DNA of 64,000 nt from an uncultured Candidatus Saccharibacteria bacterium (GCA_964353135.1 CAYGTV010000001.1:18696-82695); one strand, 5' to 3'. Counted from the stretch's first letter, positions 19,686 through 29,022 are shown. Program-made: numbers and translations. The notes: generated from the sequence alone by a model not told the origin.

Positions 19686-20849
19686 ATGCCACAAGAACCA
19701 CAAATCTCAGGAATGTCAGCACGCCGAAGAATGGTATTTTTCTGGGGACTGGTTATGGTGTTTTTGTTCGCACTACCGGTAATGATTTTTTACACGACGG
19801 GTTATCGCCTGACGTTTGAAGAAGATGCTGCAACTATGGTGGTAACTACTGGTGGGGTGTACGTATCTACTCAGAGTACTGACGTAGAAGTGTTTTTGGA
19901 CGAAGAGCAGATTGAACGGCCACGTTTGTTTAGGAGCGCGTATTACATTCAAAACATTGATGCTGGCTTGCGCCGGGTAGTGGTGCAAGGAGAGGGACTG
20001 CAGACATGGGTAAAAGAAATCCCGGTTGACTCGCGGATTGTAACAGAAGCAGCAGCATTTAATTTGCCTGCAACGCCCCAACTTCGACCCGTGACAGAAT
20101 TCCAAACAGTGACCGGCGAAGCGGTATTTTTTGCAAGCTCTACTCCAACTAGACTGTTTGCAAACGCGACCTCTACGCAGGATTTTATTGTCTCTACAAC
20201 GAGTCGTACTACAGGGTATGTGTTAAATCCAGAACATGAATTTGTAGTTAGTCTGTTTGGCACAAGCACCGCGACGTCAACCTCGATTTTTGCTGACTTT
20301 TTACGTGATATGGATCGGTTTAGGTTTGTAACTCCCGAGGAAGAAGTATCCACGACCTCTACCACCACCCCAGAAATAATTGAACGAAACAACATCCAGT
20401 TAGTTGCTCGTGGGTTAGAGCTGTTTGCTGTTTGGCGGGGTGAACCCAATGATGTCCCGTATTATTTCTGTGTCAGTAGTTCAACTCTTGCTAGTACTAG
20501 TGAACGGTATGGTGAGCACGTTGCAGACGCGATTTTTTCACAACTTGGAACCACTACGGCAACCTCAACTTTGGTGACAGTTGACGATCGAATGTGCCGA
20601 ACTGAAATCAAATTGGATCGGCTTCGCCAAGATGTGTACTTGTACGATTTCTTCCCAGGTTCGTCTGACTTGGTGCTGCTACAGCTAGAAAATGGTTTGT
20701 ACGTGACGGAAATCGACGACCGGTCATGGCAAAACTCGCAACTGTTGTACCCGGGCACAAACTTTAGAACGATTATTGAAAACGGCTTGATCTATATTGA
20801 GCAAGGTAACGACTACTTTGAAATTATCCCTGAAATTGAAGCAAATTAA
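19686..20849 (+). CDS. membrane-anchored hypothetical protein with PEGA-like beta domain
   Basis: N-terminal TM; GGVYVSTQSTDVEVFLDEEQ...GLRRVVVQGEGLQTWVKEIPV resembles the PEGA domain pattern; starts 10 nt after the GT2 gene. Confidence 0.45.
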   Translation: MPQEPQISGMSARRRMVFFWGLVMVFLFALPVMIFYTTGYRLTFEEDAATMVVTTGGVYVSTQSTDVEVFLDEEQIERPRLFRSAYYIQNIDAGLRRVVVQGEGLQTWVKEIPVDSRIVTEAAAFNLPATPQLRPVTEFQTVTGEAVFFASSTPTRLFANATSTQDFIVSTTSRTTGYVLNPEHEFVVSLFGTSTATSTSIFADFLRDMDRFRFVTPEEEVSTTSTTTPEIIERNNIQLVARGLELFAVWRGEPNDVPYYFCVSSSTLASTSERYGEHVADAIFSQLGTTTATSTLVTVDDRMCRTEIKLDRLRQDVYLYDFFPGSSDLVLLQLENGLYVTEIDDRSWQNSQLLYPGTNFRTIIENGLIYIEQGNDYFEIIPEIEAN

Positions 20850-20854
20850 GCATA

Positions 20855-21595
20855 GTGCTAGACTACAAATCTATGAACAACCAACCTGGACACCAACATC
20901 CACTTACTCAAATGATTGACGAAATCAATCATATTTTTGCCGAGATCGGTTTTGTGTTTGCTGAAGGTCCAGAAGCGGAAACCGAGCACTACAATTTCGA
21001 TCAGTTAAATGTACCCAAAGACCATCCGTCGCGCGATATGCAGGATACGTTTTGGTTCAAAGATGCAGACGTGGCAGAACCAACTGTGCTGCGTACCCAT
21101 ACCAGTCCGGTTCAAGCTCGATATATGGAGAAACATGGCGCACCATGCAAAATTATCGTTCCTGGAAAAGTGTTTAGAAACGAAACAACTGACGCCACTC
21201 ACGAAGCGCAGTTTTACCAGTTAGAGGGATTACATATCGACAAAGGAATTCACCTTGGTCATCTAAAAGGCACTCTTGAATATTTCTTTTCAAAATTCTT
21301 TAGTGGGAAAACCGAAGTACGTTTTAGGCCGAGTTTCTTCCCGTTTGTTGAGCCTGGAGTAGAGGTCGATATGCGACTGCTCGAAGGTGACAGTAAACTA
21401 GCTGGAAAATGGATCGAAGTGATGGGGGCTGGGATGGTGCACCCAAACGTACTAACAGCAGCTGGTGTAAATCCTGATGAATTCTCTGGCTACGCATTTG
21501 GCATGGGTATCGATCGGCTCGGTGTGATGAAATACGGAGTAGAAGATGTACGAGATTTTTATACAGGAGACCTTCGGTTCGTTAATCAATTTTAA
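20855..21595 (+). CDS. pheS: phenylalanyl-tRNA synthetase alpha subunit (catalytic core only, short form)
   Basis: Class II motifs including FRPSFFPFVEPGVEVD and GMGIDRL; only 246 aa, so the usual N-terminal extension is missing. The track start is GTG; an in-frame ATG follows at 20873. Confidence 0.85.
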   Translation: MLDYKSMNNQPGHQHPLTQMIDEINHIFAEIGFVFAEGPEAETEHYNFDQLNVPKDHPSRDMQDTFWFKDADVAEPTVLRTHTSPVQARYMEKHGAPCKIIVPGKVFRNETTDATHEAQFYQLEGLHIDKGIHLGHLKGTLEYFFSKFFSGKTEVRFRPSFFPFVEPGVEVDMRLLEGDSKLAGKWIEVMGAGMVHPNVLTAAGVNPDEFSGYAFGMGIDRLGVMKYGVEDVRDFYTGDLRFVNQF

Positions 21596-21597
21596 TT

Positions 21598-22245
21598 ATG
21601 ATCGTTATTACAGGAGCGAGCGATGGTTTAGGTATAGAAGTAGCAAAACTATATAAAGAAGCAGGGAAACAGGTAGTTAATTTGTCACGTCGAGAATGTG
21701 AGTACGCAGACGTTAATATCTGTGGATCTTTGAGTGAAGGAGACGGGATTATCTCAGCAGCAAAACAGGTCTTGCAGTTAGACGGAAAACTTGAGGCAAT
21801 TGTGAATTGTATTGGTGTATTTTCTAAGCAAGGCTTTGGAAATCTCGAAGAAGACGAAATCAAAAGACTTATGTCTACCAACGTCAAAGCACCAATGCTG
21901 CTCATTTCTGAATTGATGGAACGTGTTCTCACGGATGAGACCGACATTGTGAATGTGTTATCTACAGCAGCAGTTGATGCAAAAGCAAATGAGCCTCTCT
22001 ATTCTGCATCCAAGTGGGCAGCTCGAGGAATGACTGATAGTTTGCAGAAAAAACTATGGAACACAAAGTCACGAGTAGTGAGTTTTAGTCCAGGAGGAAT
22101 GTCAACCGATTTTTTTGAAAAAGTAAACGTCGAAATCCCTAGAGATGATTTTATGGATCCGGCAGAAATAGCAAAAGCAATCAAATTCACGTTAGATTTA
22201 CCAAAAAATATTGAGGTAAGTAATATTGTGTTAAATAGGAAATAA
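21598..22245 (+). CDS. short-chain dehydrogenase/reductase (SDR) family protein
   Basis: TGASDGLG (TGxxxGxG cofactor motif) and YSASK (YxxxK catalytic motif); 215 aa; wedged between pheS and pheT with 2-nt gaps on both sides. Confidence 0.7.
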   Translation: MIVITGASDGLGIEVAKLYKEAGKQVVNLSRRECEYADVNICGSLSEGDGIISAAKQVLQLDGKLEAIVNCIGVFSKQGFGNLEEDEIKRLMSTNVKAPMLLISELMERVLTDETDIVNVLSTAAVDAKANEPLYSASKWAARGMTDSLQKKLWNTKSRVVSFSPGGMSTDFFEKVNVEIPRDDFMDPAEIAKAIKFTLDLPKNIEVSNIVLNRK

Positions 22246-22247
22246 AT

Positions 22248-24200
22248 ATGATCGTAAACTACAACTGGCTCAAAGAATACGTGGGAGAAAAACTTCCTGA
22301 ACCGTCAAAGGTGGAAGAGCTTTTAACTGAGCATGCGTTTGAAATCGAAGGAGTAGAAGAGGTCGCTGGTGAAACGGTAATCGATGTCGATGTGCTACCA
22401 AACCGTTCGTCTGACTGTTTGTGTCACCGGGGGATTGCTCGAGAGCTCGCTACTATCCTAGATATACAGCTTGAAAAAGATCCGTTAGCAACCGAACCGC
22501 AATTAGCAGAGACTGATAAAATCAGTGTAAACATCGCAGATACAGAAGCCTGTCCACGCTTTAGTGCTTCACTAGTTACAGGGATCAAAGTTGGTGAATC
22601 ACCAGAGTGGCTGAAAGTTCGCCTGGAATCACTTGGGCAACGCAGCATCAACAATATCGTCGATGCAACCAACTACGTCATGTATGCAGTAGGGCAGCCA
22701 TTGCATGCCTATGACGCAGACCTCTTTCCACAGGTAGACGGCACATGGCAGTTTGGTGTGCGGTATGGAAATGAAGGGGAGGTGGTAGAAATCCTTCCCG
22801 AAGGAGGAAGTATAGAACCTCGGCAGGTTATGTGTACAGGGACAGAGCTACTCATCGTTGATGAATCGAGCAACACACCAATTGGGCTCGCTGGCGTAAA
22901 GGGTGGGCAGTTTGCCGGTGTGCATGCAGGTACGACTAACATCATCATCGAAGCGGCTCACTTCCACCCAACTATCACAAGAAAAACAGCTCGCCGGCTG
23001 GGGATCGTTATCGATGCTTCTAAGCGATTTGAAAATGAATGCGCGCGGGAACTGCCACCGTACGCCCAGTTTGAAATCATCAAACTCATCAAACAAATCG
23101 CTGGTGGAGAATATCAGGGGACAATTGATGTCTATGCAGAAGAAAAAAAGAATCCTGCTGTTGACCTGAGAGTGTCAAAAACCAATGCGCTCCTTGGGCT
23201 TGAATTAACCCAAGCTCAAATTAAAGATATTATTTTGCGAACAGGCAGCACGGTAGAAGAAAAAAAACCAGGAACACTTGCATGTACTGGTCCCTGGGAA
23301 CGAACCGACCTGTTGATCGAAGAAGACTTTATTGAAGAAGTGGGTCGTCTGTATGGACTATCTAACATCATTTCGATCGTGCCTGGTACAGACACTGTGC
23401 CAGCAGTAAATCCGCGACAGCACTACTCAGAAAAGATTCGACAGACACTGCTTGGTCTAGGGTTTTCTGAAGTCATCACCTCGTCTTTTCAGAAAAAAGA
23501 TAAAATCCAACTGCGTAACGCTCTTGCTAGTGATAAGTCGTACATCCGCAGCACTCTGGCAAAAAACATGCACCAAGTCCTGGATGCAAACTTCTCACAC
23601 ACGGACCTATTAGGTATTCGTTCAGTCCAAGCATTTGAAATTGGAACTGTGTTTGAAAAGACTGAAAGTGGAGTAGGAGAACATTTGTCACTCGCGATTG
23701 GAGTACGACAAAAAGGGGGAGGCTATACTCCAAAAGACGACGCACCACTTCAGGCAGCTATAGCAGAACTGCAAGAAACACTCGGAGCAGATACTCCAGC
23801 TAACTGGAGTATCGAGAAGGGAGTAGCCGAAGTCAGCTTGTCTGAAGTAATTGATTCACTCCCAGTTCCTGAATCATATGAAGCGCAGGTAGAGCGAGTA
23901 GCTTCTACCTACAGTCCTGTCTCACCTTATCCAGCCATGGCTCGCGACATCGCACTTTGGGTTTCAAATTCTCCGGGGGAGGATTTGAAAAATGATGTGT
24001 TGCAGACTTTAGAAAGTGCTGCTGGTGACCTATGTGTCCGCATTGATCTATTTGATGAATTCACCAAAGACGGCCGAACTTCGTATGCCTTCCGACTAGT
24101 GTTCCAAGCATCTGACCGTACGTTAACTGACACCGAGGTGGGAGAAGTAATGGAAGAAATAAACAGTGTAGTGCGAGATAATAAATGGGAAGTCAGATAG
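22248..24200 (+). CDS. pheT: phenylalanyl-tRNA synthetase beta subunit (short form)
   Basis: N-terminus MIVNYNWLKEYV matches the PheT start; B3/4 and B5 regions are recognisable; 650 aa, about 150 aa shorter than typical bacterial PheT. Confidence 0.85.
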   Translation: MIVNYNWLKEYVGEKLPEPSKVEELLTEHAFEIEGVEEVAGETVIDVDVLPNRSSDCLCHRGIARELATILDIQLEKDPLATEPQLAETDKISVNIADTEACPRFSASLVTGIKVGESPEWLKVRLESLGQRSINNIVDATNYVMYAVGQPLHAYDADLFPQVDGTWQFGVRYGNEGEVVEILPEGGSIEPRQVMCTGTELLIVDESSNTPIGLAGVKGGQFAGVHAGTTNIIIEAAHFHPTITRKTARRLGIVIDASKRFENECARELPPYAQFEIIKLIKQIAGGEYQGTIDVYAEEKKNPAVDLRVSKTNALLGLELTQAQIKDIILRTGSTVEEKKPGTLACTGPWERTDLLIEEDFIEEVGRLYGLSNIISIVPGTDTVPAVNPRQHYSEKIRQTLLGLGFSEVITSSFQKKDKIQLRNALASDKSYIRSTLAKNMHQVLDANFSHTDLLGIRSVQAFEIGTVFEKTESGVGEHLSLAIGVRQKGGGYTPKDDAPLQAAIAELQETLGADTPANWSIEKGVAEVSLSEVIDSLPVPESYEAQVERVASTYSPVSPYPAMARDIALWVSNSPGEDLKNDVLQTLESAAGDLCVRIDLFDEFTKDGRTSYAFRLVFQASDRTLTDTEVGEVMEEINSVVRDNKWEVR

Positions 24201-24367
24201 TCAAAAGGTCTAGTAATTCTGTCTGGGCTTAAAGCCAGAATTGAGACATAAATTCAGAATAGTCGTTCACTCCTTTCTTCATTTAAAACGACGCTCACTG
24301 ATGAGACAGTGAACGCCGTGATGGAACAGGTGAATAGTGCAGCAGAAGAACGTGGTTGGGAGGTGCT

Positions 24368-24610
24368 CTAACTCATAGTGGTAATAAGAAGTGATTCTTC
24401 CTTTGTCACAAGTTGCACAGCACAGCCTTTCCATAGCCAGTCCAGAGCTATTGTTTGGAGGTTCAAAGGATCGTCTGGCTTTAGCTCGTCAGGAGTAACA
24501 TCTGCACGACTTAAATTAGCAAACAATACTAATTTTAGTCGATCGACGTCAGCTTCTGTCTGAAAAACCGCTAACAAATATTTTCCTTCTGCATTGATTG
24601 TATTCGTCAT
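24368..24610 (-). CDS. hypothetical small protein (80 aa)
   Basis: Clean ORF with an AAGGAAGG ribosome-binding site 9 nt upstream of the ATG on the minus strand; no recognisable domain. Confidence 0.35.
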   Translation of the reverse strand: MTNTINAEGKYLLAVFQTEADVDRLKLVLFANLSRADVTPDELKPDDPLNLQTIALDWLWKGCAVQLVTKEESLLITTMS

Positions 24611-24725
24611 CAGAATCTACCTTCCTTTATGGGTCGCTTTTCTCAAAATACTACAGTTTTCAACACTGCACAAGTCCGAATTAATGTTATAATAGCTGCA
24701 TTATTTAGCTTATTCACTATTCCGC

Positions 24726-26810
24726 ATGCCAGAGAAAAAACCAGCCAAAAAGAAAGAAAAAGGATATGACGCGTCGTCCATCTCGGTCCTTGAAGGACTA
24801 GAGCCAGTACGAAAGCGTCCTGGTATGTATATCGGGACCACTGGCCCTGAGGGACTACACCACATGATCTGGGAAATCTTCGACAACTCGCGCGATGAGG
24901 CGATGGGTGGGTTTGCTGATCGAGTAGAGGTAACGCTGCTTCCAGATAACTACATCCGGGTAGTCGACAACGGTCGGGGGATCCCGGTTGATATTCACAA
25001 ACAAACCAAAGTCTCGGCACTTGAAACAATCATGTGTACCCTGCATGCCGGAGGAAAGTTTGGTGGTGACGATTCAGGCTACAAGGTTTCTGGGGGTCTT
25101 CACGGTGTGGGTATTTCGGTGGTAAACGCATTGTCGACTCATACACGGGTAGACGTGCACAAGGATGGTGATCACTACGTCCAGGAATACAACATCGGTA
25201 TCGCTAAAGCCCGGGTGAAAAAACTTGGTAAAACTAAACACAACGGAACGATTGTGATGTTCCAAGCTGACCCGACTATTTTCCCGGAAATTAAATTTGA
25301 ATGGAAGAAAATCGTCAACCACTTGCGGCAGCAGGCGTACTTAGTAAAAGGGATGCGGATGAGCGTGATTGATGCACGTGAGAGTGACGCTAAATTAGAT
25401 GCAAAATCACTCGAGGACACCATTTACCTAGGTGATAGTCATTTGTCTGTACCGCACCAAACCTTCTACTTTGAAGGTGGTCTACGGTCGCTAGTGGCTT
25501 TCAATAACTCATACCAAAAGCCAGTCCATAAAAATATTTTCTACGTAGAAAAAAATGACGTGTCACCAGAAGTGCTGACAGTTGAAGTCGCGCTGCAGTA
25601 TGTGGACGACATATCTCCTCGTATCACTGCGTTTGCCAACAACATCTACAACCCAGAACACGGAACCCATATCACTGGTTTTAAAACTGCGTTGACCCGA
25701 ACCCTCAATAACTACGCCAAGAAAGGAAACTTTTTCTCAGTCAAAGATAAAGATGCCGGTTTTACTGGAGACGACGTACTAGAAGGAATTACTGCCGTGG
25801 TTTCGGTTAAAATGCCTGAGATCCAATTCGAGGGCCAGACAAAGGCTAAACTCGGTTCAGTCGAGGCGCGAGGAGCAACCGAAAGTGTGTTTGCAGAAGC
25901 TTTTGCTGCGTTTCTAGAAGAAAACCCAGACGACGCCAAAGCGATGATCAACAAGGTGATCCTTGCGGTAAAAGCACGAAAAGCAGCCAAAGCAGCCAAA
26001 GATTCTGTACTGCGTAAGGGTGCCCTTGAAGGGATGTCGCTACCAGGAAAACTGGCCGACTGTCAGAGTAAAAAAGCAGAAGATAGTGAACTGTTTATCG
26101 TAGAGGGAGACTCAGCTGGAGGATCAGCGAAAATGGGTCGTGACCGAAAGACTCAAGCGATTTTGCCATTGCGAGGAAAAATTCTCAACGTTGAACGAGC
26201 ACGAATCGACAAGATGCTCGCGAGTGAACAGATCAAAAACCTCGTGATTGCGCTGGGAACCGCTATCGGTGATGTGTTTGATGTATCTAAACTGCGATAC
26301 CACAAAATCATCATCGCCACTGACGCGGACGTCGACGGGGCACACATCCGGACCCTACTTTTGACGCTTTTCTTCCGCTACTTCCGACAGCTGATTGATG
26401 AAGGGTACGTATACATCGCGATGCCGCCGCTATACAAAATCCAAAAAGGAAAGGAAACTCGTTATGCTTACACCGAAGATGAAAAATTTGCAGTCCTAAA
26501 AGATATGGGAGAAGAAGTGACTGATGAAATCGACGAGAGTTCCGATGAGGAAGGGGAGGATGATGATGCAGAGGTGGTTGCCAAAAAAGGTGGAAAGGCT
26601 CGTATTCAGCGGTACAAAGGTCTGGGAGAAATGAACGCCGAGGAGCTTGGTGAAACAACCATGAACATCAACAACCGAATCCTCAAGCAAGTAACGATCG
26701 ATGACGCGCTGGCAGCTGACAAGGTGTTTGATATCTTGATGGGGACAGATGTACCGTCGCGAAAATCCTTTATTCAGAACAACGCCAAAACAGCAAATCT
26801 GGATATTTAA
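24726..26810 (+). CDS. gyrB: DNA gyrase subunit B
   Basis: GHKL ATPase N-terminus (LEGLEPVRKRPGMYIG), Toprim domain (EGDSAGGSAK), and an acidic insertion DEIDESSDEEGEDDDAE near the C-terminus. Confidence 0.9.
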   Translation: MPEKKPAKKKEKGYDASSISVLEGLEPVRKRPGMYIGTTGPEGLHHMIWEIFDNSRDEAMGGFADRVEVTLLPDNYIRVVDNGRGIPVDIHKQTKVSALETIMCTLHAGGKFGGDDSGYKVSGGLHGVGISVVNALSTHTRVDVHKDGDHYVQEYNIGIAKARVKKLGKTKHNGTIVMFQADPTIFPEIKFEWKKIVNHLRQQAYLVKGMRMSVIDARESDAKLDAKSLEDTIYLGDSHLSVPHQTFYFEGGLRSLVAFNNSYQKPVHKNIFYVEKNDVSPEVLTVEVALQYVDDISPRITAFANNIYNPEHGTHITGFKTALTRTLNNYAKKGNFFSVKDKDAGFTGDDVLEGITAVVSVKMPEIQFEGQTKAKLGSVEARGATESVFAEAFAAFLEENPDDAKAMINKVILAVKARKAAKAAKDSVLRKGALEGMSLPGKLADCQSKKAEDSELFIVEGDSAGGSAKMGRDRKTQAILPLRGKILNVERARIDKMLASEQIKNLVIALGTAIGDVFDVSKLRYHKIIIATDADVDGAHIRTLLLTLFFRYFRQLIDEGYVYIAMPPLYKIQKGKETRYAYTEDEKFAVLKDMGEEVTDEIDESSDEEGEDDDAEVVAKKGGKARIQRYKGLGEMNAEELGETTMNINNRILKQVTIDDALAADKVFDILMGTDVPSRKSFIQNNAKTANLDI

Positions 26811-26828
26811 AAGCTGTACTTTGTTGGA

Positions 26829-26895
26829 CTGCGAAAAAAGCCGCTCACTGGACACTTGTCCCATTCGCGGCTTTTTGCATGCCCGCCGCATACAG
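26829..26895. repeat. structured terminator-like repeat element, copy 1 (downstream of gyrB)
   Basis: About 88% identical over 66 nt to 61775..61838. Outer stem AAAAAGCCGC/GCGGCTTTTT encloses inner hairpin GGACActtGTCC. Flanked by a perfect 20-bp inverted repeat at 26792..26811 and 26899..26918. Confidence 0.7.
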
Positions 26896-26940
26896 TAATT
26901 TAAATATCCAGATTTGCTATCAGGACTTCAAAATACAAAC

Positions 26941-26968
26941 AAAGACCGCGTCTTGGGACGCGGTCTTT
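26941..26968 (-). terminator. rho-independent terminator of the minus-strand surface-protein gene
   Basis: aaagaccgcgtc ttgg gacgcggtcttt hairpin just past the stop at 26986, followed by a T-rich run on the minus strand. Confidence 0.6.
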
Positions 26969-26985
26969 GTTTAAAGAGTTAGTTG

Positions 26986-28050
26986 CTAGTTAGCAAATGT
27001 CACTCGTTGTTCGAATGCATCGTTTCGACTGTTTCGGTCGGTTGATTCGTCAACAGAAACTTCAAATGTATGAGAAGCGTCAGATCCGGCTGCAAAGCCA
27101 ATCGTGAGTACTGCTCGTTCATTTGGTTTTAGTGGGACTTGGACTGGTGAGTTGTACGTACCACCATTTGGAAGTGACACCTCAAATGTCCAGTTGCTAG
27201 AAGTCTTGGTCCCAAAGTTCTTGACTGAGAATTGGATTGCTCCACCTTCGTTAGCCTCTACTGTGCCTGGGACAAACCGGTTGCTTACTATATCACCAAC
27301 AGCGATAAACGAAGTCGATAGGTCTGTGACACCATTTGGGTCAGAAGTAGGGATTTCGTATACAAATTCCTGTTCAAACACTGGTGTGCTTGGCGTTGGT
27401 GTAACTGGAGTGATCACCGCTGGTGTCTCTGGTTCTGGTACGGCTGGCACTTCAGGTTCTACTACTACTTCGTTGGTGAGTTCACCTGAGTCAGTATTAA
27501 ATACAAATCCATTTACTTCCTCGTTGATGATAGTTACCACGTCTGAACCCATTGCTCGTGGTTCGGTGTCGTTTGTTGATAGAAATCCAACACTATATGT
27601 GACGTCAGTGTATCGATTTTTTTCAGATTCAATAGCTACAGTGAGTGATGTTACATCACCGACATTGTAATTTGTGTCACACGCTAGCTGTCGTTCAACA
27701 GTTCCTTCAATTTGGTTGACAGCAACTCCATCAATACAGTCATAGGCAAACACGTATGATCCCCTGGCGTTGGCTGATTCCCATTCAATATCAAGCGCTT
27801 CACCTGTTTTCATGAGTGACGTGTTGCTAGTGACAATAATTGGTTCCATCACGTCATCCTCAACCATTGTTTCAGATGCCTGATCGACTCCTTCTGCAAG
27901 CGAAGCGAGTGATGTCAGGGCGTTAGGGAATAATTGAACTAGTTGAATTGAAAGCCAAGCTAGCAGTAGTACGATAGCGACGAATCCTGCAACAGCAAAT
28001 GTATTGAGGATCGACACTTTCTTTTGTGGTGATACGTTATTTGTTTCCAT
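26986..28050 (-). CDS. membrane-anchored extracellular hypothetical protein (Pro/Thr-rich linker)
   Basis: N-terminal signal anchor; PEVPAVPEPETPAVITPVTPTPSTP linker; beta-rich C-terminal domains; divergent from the sortase gene. Confidence 0.5.
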   Translation of the reverse strand: METNNVSPQKKVSILNTFAVAGFVAIVLLLAWLSIQLVQLFPNALTSLASLAEGVDQASETMVEDDVMEPIIVTSNTSLMKTGEALDIEWESANARGSYVFAYDCIDGVAVNQIEGTVERQLACDTNYNVGDVTSLTVAIESEKNRYTDVTYSVGFLSTNDTEPRAMGSDVVTIINEEVNGFVFNTDSGELTNEVVVEPEVPAVPEPETPAVITPVTPTPSTPVFEQEFVYEIPTSDPNGVTDLSTSFIAVGDIVSNRFVPGTVEANEGGAIQFSVKNFGTKTSSNWTFEVSLPNGGTYNSPVQVPLKPNERAVLTIGFAAGSDASHTFEVSVDESTDRNSRNDAFEQRVTFAN

Positions 28051-28149
28051 AGTTGACGTATAGTAGCATAGATTACACGAATGTCAACATTAAAATGTCG
28101 CTTTGTCTAGGTTGGTCATTGACGGGTAAATCTGTAGGGAAGATAAACA

Positions 28150-28178
28150 TTGACAATTACAATAAATAGTGCTACTAT
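28150..28178 (+). promoter_or_regulatory. sigma70-like promoter of the sortase gene (TTGACA-17-TACTAT), implying a leaderless or very short-leader mRNA
   Basis: TTGACA at 28150-28155, a 17-nt spacer, TACTAT at 28173-28178; the first in-frame ATG of the sortase lies at 28189. Confidence 0.45.
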
Positions 28179-28188
28179 CCTATGCATT

Positions 28189-28884
28189 ATGCATTTTTCT
28201 GACACTGTAAAAGCCATCTGGGCTAATAAAATAAGCTTCTTTGGAGTATTCTTCATTATTTTTACCGTTCTATACACGGTACTTTTCCTAGTTGATTTTC
28301 TCCCAGAGGCACCCGAAGCTAGGCCAGCTACAACCGAAGTAACTGAAGTTGCTTCGGCTGTAGACGTTGCGCCAGTGGTAATCCAGACACCAGCGGTTGC
28401 AGAGTCAGAATTGGTAGCTGAAACAGTCGTTAGTGCATCAGCACCTGATATGCCAATTAGTATTTATATTGAACGACTCGACAAGACAATCGATGTGTTG
28501 AACCCACAATCACGATCAATTGCTGATCTCGATAACGCTCTATTGTCAGGAGTGGTGCGACACCCAGACTCTGCGACACCTAATATTGATGGAAATGTAC
28601 TGATCTTAGGACACTCTAGTTATTTGCCAAATGTTCTCAACAAGAACTTTCAGGCTTTTAACGGCGTTCAAAACCTAGAATGGGGTGATACGATCACGAT
28701 AACTTCAGAAAATGCAGTGTATACCTACCGGGTAGAGCGGGTATATGAAGCACGAGCGAGTGAAATCACCGTTCCAATTGCTGGCGACGCAAAACTACTT
28801 ACTCTAGCGACCTGTGATAGTTTTGGAAGTGTAGATGACCGTCACATCGTAGAAGCCAAGCAAATTAGCGTTGAATTGCTGTAA
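28189..28884 (+). CDS. sortase family transpeptidase
   Basis: N-terminal TM anchor; catalytic His in LILGHSSY; TLxTC-type Cys motif LTLATCDSF; conserved Arg 10 residues downstream (VDDRH). Confidence 0.75.
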   Translation: MHFSDTVKAIWANKISFFGVFFIIFTVLYTVLFLVDFLPEAPEARPATTEVTEVASAVDVAPVVIQTPAVAESELVAETVVSASAPDMPISIYIERLDKTIDVLNPQSRSIADLDNALLSGVVRHPDSATPNIDGNVLILGHSSYLPNVLNKNFQAFNGVQNLEWGDTITITSENAVYTYRVERVYEARASEITVPIAGDAKLLTLATCDSFGSVDDRHIVEAKQISVELL

Positions 28885-28920
28885 AAGCGACATTTTACCT
28901 ACATATATTAGAATACAAAA

Positions 28921-28950
28921 GAAAGCACTTGACAAGAGTGCTTTCTTTTG
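28921..28950 (+). terminator. terminator hairpin after the sortase gene, overlapping the next promoter
   Basis: gaaagcact tgacaag agtgctttc followed by ttttg; the 7-nt loop contains the -35 hexamer TTGACA of the downstream promoter. Confidence 0.5.
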
Positions 28951-28957
28951 CTATAGT
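28929..28957 (+). promoter_or_regulatory. consensus sigma70 promoter (TTGACA-17-TATAGT) driving the small lipoprotein gene
   Basis: TTGACA at 28929-28934, a 17-nt spacer, TATAGT at 28952-28957; the downstream gene has an AGGAG ribosome-binding site 7 nt before its ATG. Confidence 0.5.
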
Positions 28958-29022
28958 ACTAGACATAAAGAAACCAAGATCCTTAGGGCAAAGTGCTCAG
29001 ATCTTCAAACAGGAGACGCAAA

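Noticed and set aside
24299-24306. CTGATGAG hammerhead-ribozyme-like core in the pheT-gyrB intergenic region
   Set aside because: The flanking sequence does not provide stems I-III or the GAAA element in the required positions (GAAC is found instead). It is an isolated octamer, most likely chance.
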